Positions 47,305-57,647 of a stretch of DNA of 58,844 nucleotides are shown piece by piece. A program made the position numbers and the translations under genes. Below the pieces are notes generated by a model. That model was given only the letters and a program-made list of their open reading frames with translations. It made no database searches and was not told where the DNA came from. How positions within the stretch are numbered: position 1 is the stretch's first letter; every line of letters starts with the position of its first letter. The stretch spans positions 1-58,844 of the forward strand of contig JAZSKY010000043.1 in the NCBI GenBank assembly GCA_045535095.1, read 5' to 3'. Source of the stretch: Eubacteriales bacterium. Its GTDB lineage: Bacteria; Bacillota; Clostridia; Oscillospirales; CAG-272.

Positions 47305-48201
47305 ATGTCCTTTTCGTCAGAAATAAAAAACACCGTAAGTACGGTGAATATTAAGGGTCAGTGCTGTAAGGCCGCCGTCTTGTACGGTATGCTTTTTCCG
47401 CATAACGATTTTACAGGTGCGCCCCTTGGCTTTACAACCGATAACGAGGGTGTGGTAAGTCTTTTTACCGCGATGATGAAATCTGTTTTCGGAACGAAGG
47501 TGACCTTCACCTTCAGCGAGCGCCTTTCAAGAACCAAGGAAACGCAGGCGTGCTACCGACTCGACTATCCCGGTCTTGATATAATGAAGCTTATAAACGA
47601 GCGCTTTTCGAGTCACGAGATCGTAAACGAGTCTCTCCTTTCTTGTGAAGGGTGTGCAGGCGCGTTTATGAGAGGACTTTTCCTCTCGTGCGGAAGCGTA
47701 ACCGATCCAAGCAGAGGCTATCATCTCGAATTTTCGGTATCAAACGATAAAAAGTGCTTTGCGCTTATGGAATATCTCAACGAGAACGGCTTTCCCGCAA
47801 AAAGAACGGTCAGAAGGGGAGTTTCCTCTCTTTATATAAAGGAAAGCGAAAGCATTGAGGACTTTATGACCTATATCGGCGCGGCGCAGGCGTCTCTTAC
47901 CATTATGAACGCCAAGATCGTGCGCGATATAAGAAATAACGTCAATAGACGAATGAACTGCGACGCGGCAAATCTTTATAAGACGACTGGCGCGGCGACA
48001 GCGCAGGTACACGCGATTAAGCATCTTATTGAGGCGGGAAGATTTGATTTTCTGCCCGATCAGTTAAAGGAAACGGCAAGACTCCGTCTTGAAAATCCGC
48101 AGGCGTCTCTTGACGAGCTTGCGAGTCTCCACGAGGGATATATAACCAAGTCGGGCGTCAGCCATAGACTTGCAAAAATAGTTGATTTCGATAAAAAATA
48201 A
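47305..48201 (+). CDS. whiA: DNA-binding protein WhiA
   Basis: MSFSSEIK, RGLFL..GS..DP...YHLEF, NR..NCD.AN, TKSGVSHRL. Confidence 0.95.
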   Translation: MSFSSEIKNTVSTVNIKGQCCKAAVLYGMLFPHNDFTGAPLGFTTDNEGVVSLFTAMMKSVFGTKVTFTFSERLSRTKETQACYRLDYPGLDIMKLINERFSSHEIVNESLLSCEGCAGAFMRGLFLSCGSVTDPSRGYHLEFSVSNDKKCFALMEYLNENGFPAKRTVRRGVSSLYIKESESIEDFMTYIGAAQASLTIMNAKIVRDIRNNVNRRMNCDAANLYKTTGAATAQVHAIKHLIEAGRFDFLPDQLKETARLRLENPQASLDELASLHEGYITKSGVSHRLAKIVDFDKK

Positions 48202-48230
48202 GACAAAATAAAGGAAAGGAGTAATACGGT

Positions 48231-51200
48231 ATGGATTTCGTACACCTTCATTTGCATAGTGAATACAGCCTTCTTGACGGCGCCTGCCGTATTGCTGATA
48301 TTCCGAAAAGGGCAAAGTCGCTCGGTCAGAGCGCGGTTGCCATAACCGACCACGGCGTAATGTACGGTGTAGTCGATTTCTACAAGGCTTGTAAAAATAA
48401 GGGAATAAAGCCGATAATCGGGTGCGAGGTTTACCTTGCAGATACAACGAGATTTGAGAAAAAGCATACGGGAAGATATTTCAATACCCACCTCGTTCTT
48501 CTCGTTAAAAACGAGATAGGATATAAAAATCTTTCTTATATCGTGTCCTCCTCATTTACCGACGGATTTTACGTAAAGCCGCGCATAGATATAGATCTTT
48601 TAAGAGAGCATTCGGAGGGACTTGTCTGCCTTTCCGCCTGCCTTTCGGGATATATGTCAAGAGCGATACTTGCCGATGATATTGAGGCGGCAGAGAATTT
48701 CGCGCTCAGAATGAGAGCGATATTCGGCGAGGATTTCTATATAGAAATTCAGGATCACGGGCTTTCCGATCAGAAAAAGGTAAACGGCGAGCTTGTCAGA
48801 ATAGCAAGAAAGAATAAAATACAGATAGTTGCCACAAACGACGCGCATTACTGCACTCGCGAGGACGCGAAGGTGCAGTCGATACTCGTTTGCGTGCAGA
48901 CGGGAAATAAGCTTTCCGATCCGAGTCCGCTCGGCTTTGAGACCGACGAGTTTTATATGAAAAGCTCGGACGAGATGGAAAGTATTTTCAAAGACTACCC
49001 CGAAGCGCTTGAAAACACGCTCAGGATCGCGGAAAAATGTGATTACGATTTTGAATTCGGTAATCTGAAGCTCCCGACCTACACTCCCGACGACGGCTCG
49101 TCCCCGAAGGACTACCTCAAAAAGCTTGCCTATGAAGGATATGAGCAGAAAAAAGCCGAGGGTAAGATAGTTTTCGATGCAAAGCACACCGAGGACGATT
49201 ATAAGGCTCGCATACTTTACGAGCTTCTTATGATAGAAAAGATGGGATATTCGCAGTATTATCTCATCGTGCGCGACTTTGTAAATTACGCAAAGAAAAA
49301 CGGCGTACACACAGGACCGGGCAGAGGATCGGGCGCAGGAAGCCTCGTTGCATATCTCGTTGGAATTACCGACGTTGATTCGATAAAATACGAGCTTCTT
49401 TTCGAGAGATTTTTAAATCCCGAAAGAGTCAGTATGCCCGACTTTGATATAGACTTTTGTGACCGCCGTCGTGACGAGGTCATAAAATACGTCATCTCGC
49501 GCTACGGCGAGGACAGGGTATCGCAGATAATTACCTTCGGAACGCTTGCCGCAAGAGCGGCAGTGCGCGACATTGGACGAGTTCTCGGAATGTCGTACGA
49601 CGAGGTCGATAAGGTCTCGAAGATGATACCGAGAGACGCAAGAGGAAGCCTCTCCGAGGCACTCAAATCGAGCAAGGAGCTGTCTGAAGCGTACGCATCA
49701 AGCGTTGAGGTTAAAACTCTTATCGACTACGCGTCGAAAATAGAGGGTATGCCGCGCCACGCATCTACACACGCCGCAGGCGTGGTTATAACTAAGGATC
49801 CGGTCTGCTCGTATCTGCCTCTTGCAACGAGCGGAGAAAGCGTTGTAACACAGTTTGATATGGATACGGTCGCAAATCTCGGACTTTTGAAGTTCGACTT
49901 CCTTGCGCTTCGTAACCTCACTATAATAGCAGACGCCGAGGACGAGATCAGAAAGAGCGAGCCGTCCTTCTCAATAGAATCGGTAGCCTTCGACGATCCC
50001 GATACCTACGCCCTTTTTGCAGAGGGCAATACCGACGGAGTATTCCAGTTTGAGTCGGGTGGTATAAAGAGGCTTCTTATGAATATGAAGCCGAAAAATA
50101 TCGAGGATATAATGCTCGCGCTGTCCCTCTACCGTCCCGGACCTATGGACTCAATACCGAGATTTCTTGCGTGCAGACGCGATCCGTCAAAGGTCACCTA
50201 TAAGGTCGAGGCGCTTCGCGAGATACTTGAAAACACCTCGGGCTGTATAATCTATCAGGAGCAGGTCATGCAGATCTGCCGTAAGATAGCAGGATATTCG
50301 TACGGCAAGGCAGATATGGTACGCCGCGCGATGTCCAAGAAAAAATCGGAGGAGATGGAAAAGGAGCGCGACACCTTCGTTAAGGGCGCTACCGAGAACT
50401 TCATCTCAAAGGAGATCGCCAACGAAATATTCGACGAGATGGCAGGCTTTGCAAAGTACGCCTTCAATAAGTCGCACGCGGCGGCTTACTCGATAACCTC
50501 GTACAGAACTGCGTACTTAAAGGCTCACTATCCTGCTCAGTATTACGCGGCGCTTCTTACGTCGGTTATGGGAAACACGCCCAAAATGTCCGAATATATT
50601 GCGTCCGCCCGCAAAATGGGAATATCGGTGCTTGCGCCCGATATTAACGAGAGCGAGGCAGGATTTACCGTCAAGGGAAATAAGATAAGATTCGGTCTTG
50701 CCGCCGTCAAGGGCGTGGGCGAGGCTCTCGCGAATGCAATCTCTGAAGAGAGACGAAAGGGCGCATTCAAATCGTTTGACGATCTTGCCGAGCGCCTTAC
50801 CGCAAGAGAGCTTAACAGACAGTCGCTTCTCGCGCTCGTCAGCGTAGGCGCGTTTGACAGTCTCGGCAGAGCAAGAAGCTCGCTTACCGAGGCACTCGAC
50901 TCGGTCATCGAGGGCGCATCTGCCGCAAAGAGAAGAAATCTTGACGGACAGCTCGATCTTTTCGCTATGCTTGGCGATTCTTCGCCTGCACCTGCATCGT
51001 ACGAGTATCCGGATGTTCCCGAGTACGATAGCAAAAAGCTGCTCTCGCTCGAGAGAGAATATATCGGCGTTTACGTCTCGGGAAGTCTGCTTGACGGATA
51101 TTCCGATCATATTTCGGATATATCTCCCGTGTCTATTGCGGCGATAAACGCATCGGCAAGCGAAGACGAAGGCGGCAGCGACGAGTATGAGACTATCAAG

Positions 51201-51773
51201 GACAGACAGAGCGTAAATATCGTCGGAACAGTTACCGCATCAAATAAAAAGCAGACGAAAAACGGAGATATGATGGCAATAATCACGCTCGAGGATAAGG
51301 CATCGCAGATAAGAGTGCTCGTTTTCTCAAAGGTGTACGAAAAATTTGCCGCGTATATCGGAACGGACTCTATGGTAAGTGTCCTTGGCGACGTCTCAAT
51401 GAAGGACGACGGAAGCGCAGAGATAATCGCTAAAAAAATCGAGCGCCTGATTCCTAACGGAAGCTACGTCAAAGAGATGCCGAGAGTTGAACGACCTGCC
51501 ACACCGACGGTATCCGAAGCAGTCCGCAAGGTCGAAAATACAGTATCCGCGCGTAAAAAGGTGTATATCAAGGTTCCTTCTCTCGATAGCGAGGCGTATA
51601 AACGCGCGCTCGCAACGGTGTCCATCTTCTCAGAGGGTGAGACAGAGGTCGTCTTTTACGATAGCGCAACGTCAAGCTATCATAGAATGTCGTCCTTTAT
51701 GACCGAGATAACACCAAACGCATATAAGCTGCTGTGCGAAATATGCGGAAAAGATGGCGTTATACTGAAATAA
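48231..51773 (+). CDS. dnaE: DNA polymerase III alpha subunit
   Basis: PHP domain HLHLHSEYSLLDG, GRGSGAGS, MPDFDIDF, FNKSHAAAY, OB fold; no intein seen. Confidence 0.98.
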   Translation: MDFVHLHLHSEYSLLDGACRIADIPKRAKSLGQSAVAITDHGVMYGVVDFYKACKNKGIKPIIGCEVYLADTTRFEKKHTGRYFNTHLVLLVKNEIGYKNLSYIVSSSFTDGFYVKPRIDIDLLREHSEGLVCLSACLSGYMSRAILADDIEAAENFALRMRAIFGEDFYIEIQDHGLSDQKKVNGELVRIARKNKIQIVATNDAHYCTREDAKVQSILVCVQTGNKLSDPSPLGFETDEFYMKSSDEMESIFKDYPEALENTLRIAEKCDYDFEFGNLKLPTYTPDDGSSPKDYLKKLAYEGYEQKKAEGKIVFDAKHTEDDYKARILYELLMIEKMGYSQYYLIVRDFVNYAKKNGVHTGPGRGSGAGSLVAYLVGITDVDSIKYELLFERFLNPERVSMPDFDIDFCDRRRDEVIKYVISRYGEDRVSQIITFGTLAARAAVRDIGRVLGMSYDEVDKVSKMIPRDARGSLSEALKSSKELSEAYASSVEVKTLIDYASKIEGMPRHASTHAAGVVITKDPVCSYLPLATSGESVVTQFDMDTVANLGLLKFDFLALRNLTIIADAEDEIRKSEPSFSIESVAFDDPDTYALFAEGNTDGVFQFESGGIKRLLMNMKPKNIEDIMLALSLYRPGPMDSIPRFLACRRDPSKVTYKVEALREILENTSGCIIYQEQVMQICRKIAGYSYGKADMVRRAMSKKKSEEMEKERDTFVKGATENFISKEIANEIFDEMAGFAKYAFNKSHAAAYSITSYRTAYLKAHYPAQYYAALLTSVMGNTPKMSEYIASARKMGISVLAPDINESEAGFTVKGNKIRFGLAAVKGVGEALANAISEERRKGAFKSFDDLAERLTARELNRQSLLALVSVGAFDSLGRARSSLTEALDSVIEGASAAKRRNLDGQLDLFAMLGDSSPAPASYEYPDVPEYDSKKLLSLEREYIGVYVSGSLLDGYSDHISDISPVSIAAINASASEDEGGSDEYETIKDRQSVNIVGTVTASNKKQTKNGDMMAIITLEDKASQIRVLVFSKVYEKFAAYIGTDSMVSVLGDVSMKDDGSAEIIAKKIERLIPNGSYVKEMPRVERPATPTVSEAVRKVENTVSARKKVYIKVPSLDSEAYKRALATVSIFSEGETEVVFYDSATSSYHRMSSFMTEITPNAYKLLCEICGKDGVILK

Positions 51774-51922
51774 ATAAGAGAATTTACTCTTTGTACAATT
51801 ATAAAAATATATTTTTTCACAGTATCGTTGTATTATTATACCGTAGGATATGATAAAAGACGATTTTTGTGGAAAGATAATAAGTGTTTCAACCGAATTT
51901 TCGTTTATGAGAGGCTATATAA

Positions 51923-54376
51923 GTGAAAAAGAGAAACAGAAGAATTAAGGAAAAAGAAAAAAAGGATATCGAGTCCAAAATTCCTGCAATGATGCTCAAG
52001 GGCGCGCTCAAATGCGTGTTCGCGGTATTCAACGTTGTGGCGACTGTCGGACTTATCGGTGTCATAGCGGCGGCTATCGTCGGCTGTGCATTCCTTCTTT
52101 ACATTGCAAATAACGTTGACACGAGCGTTGACGATATTCTGCTTATAACGCAGAATAACGAGCTTGCAACGAAGCTCTATTATTACGACGACGAGGGAAA
52201 TCTCGTTGAGAATAAGGAAGAGGACATCAGTACGGGTACAGGCTCAAGCTGGGTAGAATACGAGGACATTCCCGCTAACTTCAGAGATGCATTTATCGCT
52301 ATCGAGGATAAGAGATTCTGGGACCATAACGGAGTTGACTGGATAGCCACCTCGCGTGCGGCGATAACCTTCTTCGTGCCTATCGGCTCGGACCGAGGAG
52401 GCTCTACGCTGACTCAGCAGCTCGTCAAGAACCTGACGGGTGACGACGATTACTCGATCCAGCGAAAGATTCAGGAAATTTTCCGCGCAATGAACCTTGA
52501 AAAGGAGCTTGGCGGAGACAAGACGATAATTATTGAGCAGTACTGTAACGTCGTTTATTTCGCGCAGGGCGCTTACGGTGTTCAGGAGGCGGCACAGACC
52601 TATTTCGGCAAGGACGCCAAGGATATGACTCTCGTTGAGTGTGCCGCTCTTGCATCTATCGTTCAGAACCCCTCGAAATGGGATCCCAAGACCTATCCTG
52701 AGAACAATCAGTACAGAAGAAGAATAATTCTCAAGGAAATGCTTTCGCAGGGACTTATCACGAGAGCAGAGTACGATGAGGCGTACAACGCGGAGCTGGT
52801 TCTGTACGATTGGTCGAAGCACGTCGAGGAGGATAGTGAGAAGAAATCACAGTACACCTCTTGGTACACAGACGTCGTAATTTCGGAGGGTATAGCACTT
52901 CTTGCTAAAAAGTACGACGTTGCGACCAATATCGCGCAGAGTATGTTCTTCCGCGGAGGATATCAGATAATCACCGCGCTCGATCCCGAGATACAGAAAA
53001 TTATCGAGGAGCATTATAAGGATCCCAGCGATTATTTCAGAAACTCGGAGGTCCTTAACTACGAATCGGCATTTATGGTTATAGACCATAATACGGGACA
53101 AATCAAAGGACTCGTCGGCGGACGCGGAGAAAAGACGGGAAGCCGTATTTTCAACAGAGCAACGCAGGCAAAAAGATCTCCCGGATCGTCCATGAAGCCG
53201 ATAGGAGCATACGCTCTTGCAGTTGATAAGGGACTTGTAAACTACGGAACTATAATGGACGATACCCCCTATCTTGTGGGAGCGACGACCGGTTGGCCGA
53301 GAAACTCCAATAACAGATACGGAGGACTGACGACTATCGAGTACGGAATGGCGGAGTCGAAAAATACGATGCCGGTCAAGCTCGTCGCGTCACTTGGAAT
53401 AGATACCGTTTATAAATTCCTTTCAAATACGCTCGGAATAAGCACTCTCGTAAATAACGATAAAAACCTCTCCTCGCTCGCTATCGGAGGTATGACCTAC
53501 GGAGTTACGCTGAGAGAAATCGTTACCGCGTACGGAATATTCCCGTCGGGCGGCGTTTTCACCGATTCTTCGACGATAATTCAGATTCTTGATGCAAACG
53601 GAAACGTTGTAGTCAATAATACTCCCGAGCGCCACATCGCAATCAGCGAGACAAGCTCGCAGATCATGATAAAGCTTATGGAGGCGGTAATCAACCGTAG
53701 CTACGGTACCGCTTACGGATATACCTCCAAGACCAAGAAGATGAAGCTTTCGGTCGCGGGAAAGACGGGTACCACTGATAACGACTTCGATAAGTGGTTC
53801 GTCGGCTATTCGCCCTACTACACCGCAGGCGTCTGGATCGGATACGACCAGAATCAGAGCCTTGGTTATACGGGTGGATGTCACGTCAAGATATGGGATT
53901 CCATAATGGCGGATATCCATAAGGCGAAGCTGACCGATAACGGAATTGCGATACAAGGATTCGCATCAAACCTTCTCATAAAGGCAAACTACTGTAACGA
54001 TTCGGGAAAGCTTACTACCGATATCTGTAAGGCAGATCCGAGAGGAAGCCGCGTGGTTACGGGATATTTCACTCGTGAAACTCTCCCCACCGAGGAATGT
54101 GACGTTCACATTGTAGCAAACTGGTGTACCTCCTGCAATATGCTTGCAAGTGAATACTGCACAGAGGACGAGATCATAGAGAAGATACTCCTTGTTGTAG
54201 ATAGAACCTATCTGCCCGATACCTTTACGAAGATGCCCGGTGACACAGCATATATTTATAGACCCGACAAGTCTTGCACCTGTCATATCGTTGTTGAGGA
54301 AGATCCCGATGGAGAGCCTGACGGCGGTGACGGAAGCGGAGACGGCGGAGACACCCCCGAATTTCCGGATGAATAA
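51923..54376 (+). CDS. Class A penicillin-binding protein (PBP1A family)
   Basis: TM anchor; glycosyltransferase EDKRF..HNG and GGSTLTQQLVKN; transpeptidase SSMK, SKN, KTGT; Cys-rich C-terminus. Confidence 0.95.
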   Translation: MKKRNRRIKEKEKKDIESKIPAMMLKGALKCVFAVFNVVATVGLIGVIAAAIVGCAFLLYIANNVDTSVDDILLITQNNELATKLYYYDDEGNLVENKEEDISTGTGSSWVEYEDIPANFRDAFIAIEDKRFWDHNGVDWIATSRAAITFFVPIGSDRGGSTLTQQLVKNLTGDDDYSIQRKIQEIFRAMNLEKELGGDKTIIIEQYCNVVYFAQGAYGVQEAAQTYFGKDAKDMTLVECAALASIVQNPSKWDPKTYPENNQYRRRIILKEMLSQGLITRAEYDEAYNAELVLYDWSKHVEEDSEKKSQYTSWYTDVVISEGIALLAKKYDVATNIAQSMFFRGGYQIITALDPEIQKIIEEHYKDPSDYFRNSEVLNYESAFMVIDHNTGQIKGLVGGRGEKTGSRIFNRATQAKRSPGSSMKPIGAYALAVDKGLVNYGTIMDDTPYLVGATTGWPRNSNNRYGGLTTIEYGMAESKNTMPVKLVASLGIDTVYKFLSNTLGISTLVNNDKNLSSLAIGGMTYGVTLREIVTAYGIFPSGGVFTDSSTIIQILDANGNVVVNNTPERHIAISETSSQIMIKLMEAVINRSYGTAYGYTSKTKKMKLSVAGKTGTTDNDFDKWFVGYSPYYTAGVWIGYDQNQSLGYTGGCHVKIWDSIMADIHKAKLTDNGIAIQGFASNLLIKANYCNDSGKLTTDICKADPRGSRVVTGYFTRETLPTEECDVHIVANWCTSCNMLASEYCTEDEIIEKILLVVDRTYLPDTFTKMPGDTAYIYRPDKSCTCHIVVEEDPDGEPDGGDGSGDGGDTPEFPDE

Positions 54377-54382
54377 AAAAAT

Positions 54383-54417
54383 ACGACCGCTTCACATTTC
54401 AGAAGCGGTCGTTTTTG
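54383..54417 (+). terminator. Intrinsic terminator
   Basis: ACGACCGCTTC-N8-GAAGCGGTCGT followed by TTTT. Confidence 0.75.
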
Positions 54418-54533
54418 TAAAACACTTGTTTTTCGGGCGAAAAAATAATAAAAAAACGAGTTTTCTATTGAAAAAAAGAAAAATATATATTATAATAAGA
54501 TGATAAGCTTTTTATGAAAGGACGTGTGAGATT

Positions 54534-55127
54534 TTGAAGGTTATCGGACTGACCGGTGCAAGCGGAAGCGGCAAGGGCTTCGTTTGCCAAATTCTTTCAA
54601 AATATTCTATAATATCGGTGGATACCGATAAGGTCGTCCACGCCCTTTATAAGAAGGACGATGAGTGTAAAAACGAGCTTCGTGCGACGTTCGGAGAGGG
54701 TATCTTTAACCCTTACGGATCGGTCTGCCGTACGCGTCTGCGCAAAATAGTTTTCTCGGACGCAGAAAAGCTTCGCACTCTCAATAAGATCGTCCACCGT
54801 CACGTTATAAGAAAGTGCGAGGAAAAGATCGCGTCTGCCGAGAGAAAAGGGAAGAAGGCGATAGTTATTGATGCACCCCTTCTTTACGAGGCAGGAATGG
54901 ATAAAACGTGCGATTTCGTCATCGCGGTAGTTGCCGATAACGAAATAAGACGTGCCCGTATAGCAGAGCGCGACAAGCTTTCTGACGAAGACATTGAAAA
55001 GCGTATGAAAAATCAAAAGAACGATAGCTTTTTCACCGAAAAAGCCGACTATACTATCGTAAATGACGGTGAAAGCGACCTTGCGCCCGAGATAGAAAAG
55101 ATCCTTTTGTCGGAGGGACTTCTGTGA
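54534..55127 (+). CDS. coaE: Dephospho-CoA kinase
   Basis: IGLTGASGSGK, LRKIVFSD, LNKIVH, DAPLLYE. Confidence 0.95.
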   Translation: MKVIGLTGASGSGKGFVCQILSKYSIISVDTDKVVHALYKKDDECKNELRATFGEGIFNPYGSVCRTRLRKIVFSDAEKLRTLNKIVHRHVIRKCEEKIASAERKGKKAIVIDAPLLYEAGMDKTCDFVIAVVADNEIRRARIAERDKLSDEDIEKRMKNQKNDSFFTEKADYTIVNDGESDLAPEIEKILLSEGLL

Positions 55128-55705
55128 GAAAGATCAAAAACCTCCTTGTCGTTGTCTCTCTTCTTTTGATGCTCGCCCTTATTACAAGCGTTGTGCTTGC
55201 GGTAATGGACTTTCTCCCCGAGATAATGGGTAGCGTTGATAAAATGACCTATCCGCTTGAATATGAGGAAGAAATAAACTCTGCATCTGAGGAGTTTTCA
55301 GTACCGAAGGAGATAATCTGTGCGGTGATATACGTCGAAAGCTCTTTCGATAAGGACGCCACCTCACACGTCGGCGCGCGCGGACTTATGCAGATAATGC
55401 CGTCCACCTTCGAGGATATAAATAAGGCGCTCAAAACAGATTATAGTGAGGACGATCTCTACGATCCTGCGGTAAATATCAGGGCGGGAAGCTACTATTT
55501 GTCCTATCTCTATAAGCTTCTCGGCGACTGGGAGCTTGTCCACGCCGCGTATAACGCAGGAATCGGCAACGTCTGGAGCTGGCTCGAAAACGAGGAGTAC
55601 GCAAGTGACGGAAAGCTCGTGAATATCCCCTTTGAGGAGACCGAAAAATATCTCGAAAAGATAGAAATAGCAAAAGAAAAATACAAGGAACTGTATTTTA
55701 ACTAA
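55124..55705 (+). CDS. SLT-family lytic transglycosylase
   Basis: AVIYVESSF, GARGLMQIMPST, AAYNAG, PFEETEKY; N-terminal TM. Confidence 0.93.
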   Translation: MRKIKNLLVVVSLLLMLALITSVVLAVMDFLPEIMGSVDKMTYPLEYEEEINSASEEFSVPKEIICAVIYVESSFDKDATSHVGARGLMQIMPSTFEDINKALKTDYSEDDLYDPAVNIRAGSYYLSYLYKLLGDWELVHAAYNAGIGNVWSWLENEEYASDGKLVNIPFEETEKYLEKIEIAKEKYKELYFN

Positions 55706-55738
55706 TAAAAAACAAGATCTATATAAAGGAGAAAAACT

Positions 55739-57133
55739 ATGAAAATGGAAAAGGAAATGCTTGACGGACTCAGAGGCGAGCTTACCTATAAGCGTTGCAA
55801 CGTTTATTCGAATGCTACCGAGGAGGACATCGCAAAGATTAACGAATATGCAAAGGGATACTGCGAGTATCTTGATGCGGCAAAGACCGAAAGAGAAGCG
55901 GTAAAGAAGTCTATCGAAATGGTCAGCGCGGCAGGATTTAAGCCCTACGATTTCGGAGATAAGATCGAGGTCGGCGGAAAATATTACTATAATAACCGCG
56001 GCAGAGCGCTCTATCTCTTCGCTATCGGAAGCGAAAATATCGAAAACGGAATCAGAATCTCGGCGGCTCATATCGACTCTCCGAGACTCGACCTCAAGCA
56101 GAATCCCCTCTACGACGAGGGAAATATGGGCTTCTTCAAGACCCATTACTACGGCGGAATCAAGAAATATCAGTGGACTGCTATCCCGCTTGCCCTTCAC
56201 GGCGTTATTATCACGGGAGACGGCAAGACTGTTGACGTTTGCATAGGCGAGGACGATAACGATCCCGTATTCTATATCAACGATCTTCTCCCTCACCTTG
56301 GCGCAGACCAGATGGCAAAGACCGCATCGCAGATAATCCCCGGCGAAAAGCTCAACGTACTCGTTGGCTCTATTCCGCTCGGTGACGATTCGAGCGATAT
56401 AAAGCTCGGCATTCTCAAGCTTCTTGCAGATAAGTACGGCATCAAGGAGGAGGACTTCCTCAGCGCAGAGATCAGCGCAGTTCCCGCATTCAAGGCAAGA
56501 GATATTGGCTTTGACAGAAGCATCATCGGTGCTTACGGACACGACGACCGCGTTTGCGCATATCCAGCACTCAGCGCACTTATCGAGACCGAGAAGCCCG
56601 TTCATACCCTTATGACTATCCTTGCTGATAAGGAAGAGACGGGAAGCGGCGGAAATACCGGTATGAAGAGCGCGATATTCACCGATCTTATCGCAGAGAT
56701 CGCAGCTGCCCTCGGCGGTAACGAGAGAAAGGTAAGAGCAAACTCCAAGTGCCTTTCTGCGGACGTAAATGTAATTTTCGATCCCAACTTCGCAGACGTT
56801 TACGAGACTAAGAACTCGGCGTTCCTCAACTGCGGCGTGGTTATGTCGAAATATACGGGCGCACGCGGAAAGAGCGGTACGTCGGACGCATCTGCCGAGA
56901 TGGTAGCATTCGTTCGCGATCTCTTTGCAAAGGAAGGCGTTATCTGGCAGAGCGCAGAGCTTGGTAAGGTTGACCAGGGCGGCGGCGGAACGGTAGCCGT
57001 TTATATCGCTAACCATAATATCGAGGTAGTTGACCTCGGTGTTGGTGTTATCTCGATGCACGCACCCTACGAGGCGATCTCGAAGGCAGACCTTTATATG
57101 GCTTATAAGGCGTTCGCGGCATTCAATAAATAA
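55739..57133 (+). CDS. M18 family aminopeptidase
   Basis: AHIDSPRLD, GAYGHDDRVC, DKEETGS, SADV, SMHAPYE. Confidence 0.94.
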   Translation: MKMEKEMLDGLRGELTYKRCNVYSNATEEDIAKINEYAKGYCEYLDAAKTEREAVKKSIEMVSAAGFKPYDFGDKIEVGGKYYYNNRGRALYLFAIGSENIENGIRISAAHIDSPRLDLKQNPLYDEGNMGFFKTHYYGGIKKYQWTAIPLALHGVIITGDGKTVDVCIGEDDNDPVFYINDLLPHLGADQMAKTASQIIPGEKLNVLVGSIPLGDDSSDIKLGILKLLADKYGIKEEDFLSAEISAVPAFKARDIGFDRSIIGAYGHDDRVCAYPALSALIETEKPVHTLMTILADKEETGSGGNTGMKSAIFTDLIAEIAAALGGNERKVRANSKCLSADVNVIFDPNFADVYETKNSAFLNCGVVMSKYTGARGKSGTSDASAEMVAFVRDLFAKEGVIWQSAELGKVDQGGGGTVAVYIANHNIEVVDLGVGVISMHAPYEAISKADLYMAYKAFAAFNK

Positions 57134-57139
57134 TGAAAT

Positions 57140-57172
57140 AAAAGACGGAGAAAGCTTTTCTCCGTCTTTTTC
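57140..57172 (+). terminator. Intrinsic terminator
   Basis: AAAAGACGGAGAAA-GCT-TTTCTCCGTCTTTT. Confidence 0.75.
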
Positions 57173-57174
57173 TC

Positions 57175-57203
57175 TTGACATCGGGTGTTTATTGTGCTAT
57201 AAT
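57175..57203 (+). promoter_or_regulatory. Consensus sigma-A promoter of tRNA-Leu
   Basis: TTGACA-17 nt-TATAAT with TGn extension. Confidence 0.8.
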
Positions 57204-57278
57204 TCAGGGGTAATAATTATATGTAAATACTCGCGGATGTGTGTGGAGAAAATTCCACCGCACGCGCTCACACAGCTC

Positions 57279-57360
57279 GCGCCTGTGGTGGAATTGGCAG
57301 ACACGTTGGATTTAGGTTCCAATGCCTCACGGTGTGCAGGTTCAACTCCTGTCAGGCGCA
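57279..57360 (+). tRNA. tRNA-Leu (anticodon TAG), CCA not encoded
   Basis: Acceptor GCGCCTG/CAGGCGC, D-loop GGAATTGGCAGAC, anticodon arm TTGGA-TTTAGGT-TCCAA, long variable arm, T arm GCAGG-TTCAACT-CCTGT. Confidence 0.96.
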
Positions 57361-57590
57361 TAAAAATAAAGGATAGGCAATGCCTATCCTTTATTTTTAT
57401 TTGAATAAACCGAGTTGAAGCTCGCAATTTTGCGAAGCGAAATTGCTAATTTGCGCAAAGAAAACGATGGCAAAAGGTGAGCATAGGCGCAAATTTAGGT
57501 TCGTAACTCCTGTCAGGCGCATAAAAATAAAGGATAGGCAATGCATATCCTTTATTTTTATTTGAATAAACCGAGTTGAAACTCGCAATT
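57344..57590 (+). repeat. 86 bp direct repeat of the tRNA-Leu 3' end plus terminator (period 161 bp)
   Basis: 57344-57429 versus 57505-57590 differ at 2 positions. Confidence 0.9.
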
Positions 57591-57608
57591 ATATTATTAT
57601 TCGAATAA

Positions 57609-57634
57609 AAAAGACCGACAAATGTCGGTCTTTT
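57609..57634 (-). terminator. Terminator of the DAK2 gene (bidirectional)
   Basis: AAAAGACCGACA-AA-TGTCGGTCTTTT. Confidence 0.7.
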
Positions 57635-57647
57635 CCATTTTCTAAAA

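Noticed and set aside
55364-57181. 605 aa minus-strand ORF
   Set aside because: Shadow of the transglycosylase and M18 aminopeptidase genes; the same applies to other long antisense ORFs such as 11174-12424 and 44122-45114.
57497-57521. Second tRNA gene
   Set aside because: Only the T-arm and acceptor 3' strand are present; no D arm, anticodon arm or 5' acceptor strand.
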